64,000 bases of DNA, from assembly GCA_024638285.1 (NCBI GenBank), contig JAHEKP010000001.1, forward strand, positions 9,093-73,092, in the 5' to 3' direction. The translations under genes were made by a program, and so were the position numbers. The DNA comes from Cryomorphaceae bacterium (GTDB taxonomy: Bacteria; Bacteroidota; Bacteroidia; Flavobacteriales; Schleiferiaceae). The notes beneath the pieces were generated by a model. The model was not told the origin of the DNA, did no database searches, and saw only the letters and a list, made by a program, of their open reading frames with translations. Numbering within the stretch: position 1 is the stretch's first letter; each line of letters starts with the position of its first letter. Of the stretch, positions 58,201-64,000 are shown one piece after another.

Positions 58201-59594
58201 GTAAGGGTATGGGTAAAAAACAGAAGTCTATTATTGACAAGTTAAAGCCCATGTTCTTAGACGGTGGAGAGGAGCGCGGTCATCATAGAGACGTCCTCGA
58301 AAAAGTATGGAAGGATTGGGAAGCATTCGCTTCTTATGCCTTTAATAAATCGCATTCTACCTGTTATGCTTGGGTTGCGTATCAAACGGCCTATCTAAAG
58401 GCACACTATCCGGCTGAATTTATGGCCTCTGTTTTGTCAAATAACATGTCGGATTTAAAGACAGTGACCTTTTTTATGGAAGAGTGCCGCCGCATTGGTC
58501 TACCCGTTCTGGGGCCATCTGTAAATGAAAGTTTATTGCGATTCTCAGTAAACCCGAAAGGTGCTGTTCGTTTTGGAATGGGCGGCATGAAAGGTGTTGG
58601 CGAAAATGCGGTTCGAGAACTTATTGCGCAGCGAGAGGACGGTGGCCAATTCAAAAACCTCTTTGATCTACTCGAGCGCATCGACCTCCGACAAGCAAAC
58701 AGAAAAACCATCGAATGCCTCATCCTTGGCGGAGCGATGGATGATTTTGAGGGTACGCATCGTGCAATGTACTTCTCTGAAGAGGAAGGCGGGCGTAGTT
58801 TTGTTGAAAAAGCCATCAAATACGTTCAAGGCAAGAAAAACGATGCTGAAAGTGCCCAGGCTTCATTGTTTGGTGAAGGCTCCGGAGAGGAACTTCCACC
58901 GCCCACTATGCCTGACGTTCCCGAATGGCCATCCATTGTTGCCCTGAAAAAAGAGAAGGAGATCAATGGAATGTACCTCAGTTCTCATCCGCTTGATGAC
59001 TATAGAACTGAGATTAAATATTTCTGCAACGCCTCTTTGAGTCGTTTGAATCATGTGGAGCGTATTTTGGGTCGGGATGTAACCGTTGCAGGTATAGTCA
59101 CTGATGCCCAGCATAGAATTTCAAAAATGGGCAAAGGTTGGGGAATCTTTCGACTTGAGGATTTTCACGGGGATTATGAATTCAAACTCTTTGGTGAAGA
59201 TTACCTCAAATTCCGTCACTTTTTTGATAACGAGCAATTACTATTCATCAGAGCGCGGGGCAGGAAGTTTAATCAGCGACAAGGGGAGGGTTTTATTGAA
59301 CGTTTGAGTGTAGATGTTGCAGAGGTGCGTTTACTTTCGGAAGTCTTAGAGGAAAGTAGTAAAAGTCTTGAAATTAAACTGGACCTCGAGCAGCTTACAA
59401 CGCCGTTGGTAGATGAAATTCATGAGCTATTGTCCCTGCATCCGGGTAAAAAGCGCGTGAAGTTGCATGTGATCGATCTTGAGGAAAAACTTGATATTAA
59501 ACTTCCCGTAAAAGAATTTAAAGTGACTATTGCGAAGGATTTACTTCAGGTTTTAGAACAACACGACCATTTACAACCTAAAGTAATTAGTTAA
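55212..59594 (+). CDS. dnaE: DNA polymerase III alpha subunit with N-terminally fused DEDDh 3'-5' exonuclease (DnaQ-like) domain
   Basis: aa 1-190: ExoI FDTETTG, ExoII GHNVNFD, ExoIII HNAAFDVEAT. Then PHP (FAHLHNHSQFS), the polymerase core (GPGRGSAAGS, PDIDIDF), an HhH region and an OB fold. 1460 aa in total. Confidence 0.9.
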   Translation: MFLIFDTETTGFPKDWNAPITDLDNWPRVVQLAWQIHDENGALVEVQDHIIYPDGFDIPFNATKVHGISTERAKNEGRPLVDVLADFELALEKCEYLVGHNVNFDLNVTGCEYYRVQGANPLDAKKPLDSCTETTAKLCELPGGRGGKFKLPKLEELHLHLFNEGFAEAHNAAFDVEATSRVFLELLRLKVITPESMGKPTAFLDGFYAANTAPIEAIGLAVDEAQKKRAKGLEGDAASKATSTSELHAADVDFAHLHNHSQFSILQATTVVSELVRAAVENGHAGVALTDLGNIMGAFHFNRAVMSVPGNREAFEHNEKVKRGELNEPPQEYPFVGIIGCEFYVCDDRLDRSKKDDGYQIVVLAKNKNGYHNLAKLSSEGMLNGYYYVPRIDKAYLLEHKEDLIVLSGGLRGEIQHLYLNVGESQAREALEWWQEQFGEDFYLELNRHGLEEEDHVNLQLLKYAKEYGIKYIAANNTFYLTQENAEAHDILLCVKEGAQKSTPIGRGRGFRYGFPNQEFYFKSKEEMVALFSDMPEALNTTKEILDKVELYPLERDVLLPEFDIPEQFQDPQDKIDGGQRGENAYLRHLTYEGAKTRYDDLTLEITERLDFELETIARTGYPGYFLIVQDFCEAARQMGVSVGPGRGSAAGSAVAYCTGITNVDPIKYDLLFERFLNPERVSLPDIDIDFDDEGRDKVIQYVIDKYGSSQVAQIITYGTMAAKSSIRDAGRVLELPLPDTDRIAKLIPDMTKLKKLWELEDKELRSKFGSEDAALVQQLKALAEGDSLEAMTINQARVLEGSVRNTGIHACGVIITPSDIRELVPVARAKDSEMWCTQFDNSVVEDAGLLKMDFLGLRTLTIIKEACRLVKQRHDVDLDPDSFPLDDIKTYELFQRGETVGIFQYESAGMQKYLKELKPTEFADLIAMNALYRPGPLEYIPEFIDRKHGRKEIVYDLDAMEGKLKETYGITVYQEQVMLLSQELAGFSKGQADMLRKGMGKKQKSIIDKLKPMFLDGGEERGHHRDVLEKVWKDWEAFASYAFNKSHSTCYAWVAYQTAYLKAHYPAEFMASVLSNNMSDLKTVTFFMEECRRIGLPVLGPSVNESLLRFSVNPKGAVRFGMGGMKGVGENAVRELIAQREDGGQFKNLFDLLERIDLRQANRKTIECLILGGAMDDFEGTHRAMYFSEEEGGRSFVEKAIKYVQGKKNDAESAQASLFGEGSGEELPPPTMPDVPEWPSIVALKKEKEINGMYLSSHPLDDYRTEIKYFCNASLSRLNHVERILGRDVTVAGIVTDAQHRISKMGKGWGIFRLEDFHGDYEFKLFGEDYLKFRHFFDNEQLLFIRARGRKFNQRQGEGFIERLSVDVAEVRLLSEVLEESSKSLEIKLDLEQLTTPLVDEIHELLSLHPGKKRVKLHVIDLEEKLDIKLPVKEFKVTIAKDLLQVLEQHDHLQPKVIS

Positions 59595-60404
59595 ATGAGA
59601 AGTTGGATTTCGTGCATACTCTTTTTAGCAGCAATCCCTTCGATGGCGCAAGTGAATTGTTTAACGAGCGCTGACCAATTGGGGCCATATTTCATCCAAA
59701 ATGCACCGCTTGTAACGAACGACACACTTGCCCCAGGAATTAAGGACACTGCTCGAGGTTTGCAGTTGACGTTCTTCGTTTCCTTAGATTGCGATACACT
59801 TGACTTAGATACAGTTTCGAGCAGTTATATAGTGGAGCTATGGCATGCAAACGCACAAGGAGAATACAGTAATGTTGACGGCAACCCAAATGATTTTGCT
59901 TATCGTGGAAAGTTAGAGCTTACAGGGAAGTCGACTGTCATTTTTACCGAATTGCCGGGTATTTATCCCTTTCGTCCTTCGCACATCCACATTAAAAGTT
60001 ATTTCGCAGACCCTTGGTTTACAGATACATTAGTAACCCAGCTGTATTTTGAAGGAGATTCGCTTCTCCCGTTTGATATAGCCAGTACTTTTCCAGAGCG
60101 TTGGATACCATTAGATACCACGGCAAATGGATATATTGGAAGTTTTTCTTTTGGTCTTGCCCTGCACATAGGAGCGAATGAGCTAGCGGGTAGGTCATGG
60201 AAGTGTTTCCCTAACCCAGCATCCAATGTCCTCGAACTAAAAGCTTCAGGTCATGATCGTTTTATTCAAATCGCGGATTCACGGGGTAGTATTTATTTTG
60301 AAGGCGATTTACCGAATGGTGGTGTTCTAGATATCATGGATTGGCCGCGCGGGTCGTATATCGTTCGTAAAGAGGGTACAGCGCAGTTGGTACTGGTACA
60401 ATAA
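59595..60404 (+). CDS. Secreted intradiol-dioxygenase-like domain protein with T9SS type-A sorting domain
   Basis: Signal peptide, YRGK...RPSHIHIK motif resembling intradiol ring-cleavage dioxygenases, C-terminal CFPNPASNVLEL... sorting domain. The ATG directly follows the dnaE stop. Confidence 0.6.
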   Translation: MRSWISCILFLAAIPSMAQVNCLTSADQLGPYFIQNAPLVTNDTLAPGIKDTARGLQLTFFVSLDCDTLDLDTVSSSYIVELWHANAQGEYSNVDGNPNDFAYRGKLELTGKSTVIFTELPGIYPFRPSHIHIKSYFADPWFTDTLVTQLYFEGDSLLPFDIASTFPERWIPLDTTANGYIGSFSFGLALHIGANELAGRSWKCFPNPASNVLELKASGHDRFIQIADSRGSIYFEGDLPNGGVLDIMDWPRGSYIVRKEGTAQLVLVQ

Positions 60405-60491
60405 GGTTTTTAACAGAATCGGTGCATTTAGTGTGGATAACATCAATGACCTCATAGGTGGAGCCTATAGGTTACAAGGCTAAATTGGTCC

Positions 60492-60499
60492 TACTTTTG
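60492..60499 (+). promoter_or_regulatory. Bacteroidetes -7 box upstream of trxA
   Basis: TACTTTTG, 26 nt before the ATG at 60526. Confidence 0.45.
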
Positions 60500-60525
60500 A
60501 ATTAAGAAAAAGAAATATATTTTTT

Positions 60526-60843
60526 ATGGCACTCGAAATAACAGAAGCAAACTTTGAAGAAGTTGTAATGAAATCAGACAAGCCTGTATTGGTTGACTTC
60601 TGGGCAGAATGGTGTGGCCCTTGCCGCATGGTTGGACCAGTTGTTGATGAATTGGCAGGTGATTATGAAGGAAAAGCCGTTGTAGGAAAATTGAACGTAG
60701 ACACGGATGGTGCAGTTGCTCAACAGTTTGGTGTACGCAATATCCCAACCCTTTTAGTATTCAAAAACGGTGAGATCGTAGATAAGCAAGTAGGAGCAAC
60801 AAGCAAGCAGGTACTTGCAGCTAAACTTGATGGCGCGATGTAA
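60526..60843 (+). CDS. trxA: Thioredoxin
   Basis: 105 aa, WAEWCGPCRM active site. Confidence 0.95.
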   Translation: MALEITEANFEEVVMKSDKPVLVDFWAEWCGPCRMVGPVVDELAGDYEGKAVVGKLNVDTDGAVAQQFGVRNIPTLLVFKNGEIVDKQVGATSKQVLAAKLDGAM

Positions 60844-60868
60844 GCTACCGCAAAGAAAAAATTCAAAA

Positions 60869-60901
60869 GCCCCCAATCCGTTAGGATTGGGGGCTTTTTT
60901 T
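60869..60901 (+). terminator. Rho-independent terminator after trxA
   Basis: GCCCCCAATCC / GGATTGGGGGC 11-bp stem, GTTA loop, T7 run. Confidence 0.85.
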
Positions 60902-60985
60902 GTTCGCAACTTTTAGTTCTTGACAAAAATTGATTTTGAGGATTAGACGTGCCAATTTGAATAGAAACCTCAAATAACGCACGCT

Positions 60986-63900
60986 ATGAAAGCACTACTA
61001 CGCTCATTTATTTGGATACCATATATCCTCGTACCCTCTAACTCTCACGCTCAATTGCAGGATTCATTGGATTGGATCTATGAAAAATTACCCGTTCAAA
61101 TCTTTGAAACGGGATTATTACACGATGTTAGTTCCGTGCATTTATTTACCCATGAGAGTCCTTTAGACCTTCATTTTCATAACGGTGAGATTCCCGGCAG
61201 AAGTGCGAACATCGAGCGGTTGCAGTATGTGTATATGGATTTATATCATAGTCAATTACGCGATTCAACAAATGGATTATGTACACAAAATAGCCTTCGG
61301 CTCTTACCCTGGGATACATTGAAATTAGAGGGGAAATATAGAGATAAGGTAGATGTTCCTCTTATGTTGCTCTGGGCAACCTTCAACACTTTAGATTCAA
61401 ACTCATTAGCCCTCGGATATTTAGATTTTCATCACGGCCAATTCGATTTAGTAGACGAATACATTTCCATAGACGATCAAGGTCAATATATTGTATATCA
61501 GGGAGATCCACTAAAACTGGCTCAGCAAGCGGTTCTTCGTGATACCACATTTATAGGATCTGTTCTGCATTCATCCGTCTACAGTGAAACTAATACGGCT
61601 TTGGTAACCTTTAAACTTGATCAAAGCGAGGTATTTGAGAATATCGGCGGCATAGATAGTATTTGTGTTGACTTTGCCGATGGAATTGGTTTCAGGAAAA
61701 TCAATATTAATCAACTGCTCTCTATTTCATATCAAAGCGCTTCCTCTCAAACAGAAAGCACAGTTAAACAACTCCGTATTCGTGGTTATAAAAACGGGAA
61801 AACCGCTGAGAGTACTTTAAAAGTCAATATTGTATTTAATACGCCAACAGCACATAGAGAATTTCTAACTGATCAATTGCCTTCTCCAACCTGCATAGCT
61901 ACTGCAACTCCTACAGAAGGTGCTCGGGTGACTGTAAGATATGCCAATCCCGTCGTGGGCTTTCAAAGACCAGTCGTAATTATTGAAGGCTTTGAATCCT
62001 CTATTCAGCCTTATGGCTATCTTACTTTTAAGAGTATAAGTAGTGGCTATGTGTTTAACGAAAACGGTGATCGAATCTTCCAACACATACAGCCTTTGAG
62101 TTGGTTGTATGATTCCCTAACAACAGAAGGTTTTGATATTGTACATCTAGATTTTCGAGAAGCAAAACTATCGCTTAAAGACAATGAAGTAAATGTATTA
62201 CGAACGCTACGATGGATCAATGAAGAGAACTCTGCTGCTGAGATTACACTGATAGGAGCATCAATGGGTGGACTCATTGCCAAAATGGCCATTAATGATC
62301 TTGCAAATGCCGGCTGTTGTTACCCGATTGTTGGTTACGGTTCCTTTGATGTTCCGCATCGTGGCGCCTTTATTCCTGTAGGATTACAAGCAGCGAGCAG
62401 ATATTATGCCGAATTATTGCCTTTTGTGCCCATGGCAAGGGATCCTTGGATCCGGGTCTTAAATTCTAAAGCGGCACAAGAGTTGTTAGTGACACACCTT
62501 GATCCTAAGGCCTTTAAAGCGCATGAAGAGACCTTGAGGTTGGCGGGTTCGCTACCCCAAGGAATGCGTCGATTTGCTATTGTAAACGGCAGTGATATGG
62601 GAATACCAAGAACTTTGGCGGATCCATTCAGTCGCTATTTCATGCACGGTATTAAATCTCAAATCTGTGTGCGGCACGCATTAGGAGTGCACCCCGATAC
62701 AATCAGTTTTAATTTGACCGGCTATCGTGATTCACTTTTAGTCTTTGGGTCTGAGGCTGTTGGACATAATCATGCAGGGACGTATTTGTTTCATGCAACC
62801 TCGTATCGACAATTCGTAATGGCTCTTCAAATGAATTGGACCGCTGAATGCTCCGCACGAAAAGTCCAATTTATCGCCGAATTAGGTCCTTATGTACCGG
62901 GAGTTTCAAAAGCACTGATTACTAAGGCAATTGCCAAACGGCAAAACCGCACCAATCAAAGACTTTCTAAACTGAAATTGCGAATGACTTCAGGTGCGTC
63001 TTCAGTCGCAAAGCATAAGTTTCCTTTAAACTATGAAGAAGTGCCGGGTGGATGGACGGCAACTGCCGCCTCATTTGAACTTCCAGTACTGAGTAAAATC
63101 TACAGTGCAACGCATTGCTTTATTCCTTCATTTAGCGCATTAGATGTAGGAGACAGTTTGGTGCGTCAACCGCTGCGTAACCTTCCGGATTATTCTTTTC
63201 ATCATTTTATAGCTCCTGGAATGGTTCACGATAATGCAGGTCCAAATCAAGCGCATATTAGTGCTGATTCTGCAATCATTGCGTTTGGATTGGCTCAATT
63301 GCGCTCCATTTATGATCAAACCGTAAGTGATAGTTTAAAAGCAGATTTTAACATTGCGCAACTCCATGCGTATCACGGAGCCACACAAGGTGATTTAGGT
63401 AAGGTAATCGTACCTGAAAATAGAACATTGGGACTCGGATTAAGTGGTGCCATGGGTTCTGTAAATTCCACTATTCAAAGTGCTTCGATACAAGAAGTAC
63501 ATTGTTTTGTAGGTCGTGGTTGTTCCTCTGATACACTACACATTTATGGGACGCTACAAATAGGGGATGGTCAAGATCGAAAAGCGTCAATTCGAGTAAA
63601 CAATTCAAGCGCTATAGTTCTACACAAAGGAGCCTCCTTATTTATTCAATCCGGTAGTCAACTAGAAATCGGAATTCATGGTGCTTTAATAGTAGAGAAA
63701 GGAGTTTCTATCGTTTTAGATCATGGTAAAATTCAATTTCAAGGAAGGCTACAGCTAGAGACAGATGCTATTTTTCATCCCCAAGGCTTCGGCCATTATA
63801 CGTTCAGTGATTCTGCGAACATTTCTGCAAATAAAGGAGCTGTTGTTCATATCGAAGATGCTCAAATACGTGTTTCGACAACGCTTGAAATACCTTCAGA

Positions 63901-64000
63901 GTTAGATCAGTTTGTACTTGATAGATGTAGCGTAACCCTTAGTTCGATTGCTACGATTCATTTATCGAATGCATCGCAATTTTGGAACACCCAATTTATT
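60986..64000 (+). CDS. Large secreted protein, 3'-truncated by the window edge: alpha/beta-hydrolase (lipase/esterase-like) core followed by beta-helix-like repeats
   Basis: This ORF is not in the supplied track because it has no stop. Hand translation from the ATG at 60986 stays open for 1005 codons to base 64000. It has a signal peptide (MKALLRSFIWIPYILVPSNSHAQ) and a GxSxG nucleophile elbow ITLIGASMGGL (Ser codon 62261-62263), followed by FDVPHRGA. The C-terminal part has about 20-aa beta-strand periodicity. Confidence 0.65.
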   Translation, partial: MKALLRSFIWIPYILVPSNSHAQLQDSLDWIYEKLPVQIFETGLLHDVSSVHLFTHESPLDLHFHNGEIPGRSANIERLQYVYMDLYHSQLRDSTNGLCTQNSLRLLPWDTLKLEGKYRDKVDVPLMLLWATFNTLDSNSLALGYLDFHHGQFDLVDEYISIDDQGQYIVYQGDPLKLAQQAVLRDTTFIGSVLHSSVYSETNTALVTFKLDQSEVFENIGGIDSICVDFADGIGFRKININQLLSISYQSASSQTESTVKQLRIRGYKNGKTAESTLKVNIVFNTPTAHREFLTDQLPSPTCIATATPTEGARVTVRYANPVVGFQRPVVIIEGFESSIQPYGYLTFKSISSGYVFNENGDRIFQHIQPLSWLYDSLTTEGFDIVHLDFREAKLSLKDNEVNVLRTLRWINEENSAAEITLIGASMGGLIAKMAINDLANAGCCYPIVGYGSFDVPHRGAFIPVGLQAASRYYAELLPFVPMARDPWIRVLNSKAAQELLVTHLDPKAFKAHEETLRLAGSLPQGMRRFAIVNGSDMGIPRTLADPFSRYFMHGIKSQICVRHALGVHPDTISFNLTGYRDSLLVFGSEAVGHNHAGTYLFHATSYRQFVMALQMNWTAECSARKVQFIAELGPYVPGVSKALITKAIAKRQNRTNQRLSKLKLRMTSGASSVAKHKFPLNYEEVPGGWTATAASFELPVLSKIYSATHCFIPSFSALDVGDSLVRQPLRNLPDYSFHHFIAPGMVHDNAGPNQAHISADSAIIAFGLAQLRSIYDQTVSDSLKADFNIAQLHAYHGATQGDLGKVIVPENRTLGLGLSGAMGSVNSTIQSASIQEVHCFVGRGCSSDTLHIYGTLQIGDGQDRKASIRVNNSSAIVLHKGASLFIQSGSQLEIGIHGALIVEKGVSIVLDHGKIQFQGRLQLETDAIFHPQGFGHYTFSDSANISANKGAVVHIEDAQIRVSTTLEIPSELDQFVLDRCSVTLSSIATIHLSNASQFWNTQFI

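Noticed and set aside
60450-60475. Small palindromes (CCTATAGG, ATAGG-N5-CCTAT) between the dioxygenase-like gene and trxA as a terminator
   Set aside because: The stem is only 5 bp with no T tract, which is too weak to call.
1-64000. CRISPR arrays, tRNA/rRNA genes, IS elements, integrases, prophage or recognisable defence systems (RM, TA, Abi, retron, CBASS-like)
   Set aside because: No non-coding stretch exceeds about 230 nt. I saw no spaced direct-repeat arrays, no transposase-, integrase- or reverse-transcriptase-like ORFs, and no obvious local compositional change. The window looks like core chromosome.

Overview
This is a gene-dense chromosomal window from a Bacteroidota genome, probably Flavobacteriia-like. 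The evidence is T9SS type-A and type-B C-terminal sorting domains, TAnnTTTG -7 promoter boxes, bshC, and very short intergenic gaps. I count about 53 CDS. I saw no rRNA, tRNA, CRISPR array, transposase, integrase or recognisable defence gene. Most genes are housekeeping: accC, hisS, guaA, guaB, sucC, ettA, dnaE, trxA, parvulin chaperones, MoxR and a two-component pair. Interleaved with them is a dense set of light and photo-oxidative-stress genes. These are three cryptochrome/photolyase-family (CPF) genes (FeS-BCP type, Cry-DASH and a divergent third member), the photolyase-associated small genes DUF2256 and TIGR03643 (both hidden inside spurious longer ORFs of the supplied track), carotenoid genes (crtZ, fused lycopene-cyclase domains, crtD-like, DUF422/CruF-like), a peroxiredoxin, and a minimal CarF/PEDS1/FAD4-type lipid desaturase. 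The most interesting observation is at the sequence level. These units are scattered over about 34 kb, yet the CPF, small-gene and carotenoid units (not the CarF-like gene) are each preceded by the same ECF-sigma-style bipartite element (AAC-N16/17-YGTTT). Housekeeping genes instead carry TAnnTTTG. This suggests a dispersed photoprotection regulon driven by one alternative sigma factor encoded outside the window. Two CDS run off the window edges, and the 3' one (60986..64000) is missing from the ORF track. All functional calls come from by-eye motif recognition, not database searches, and all regulatory sites are predictions.
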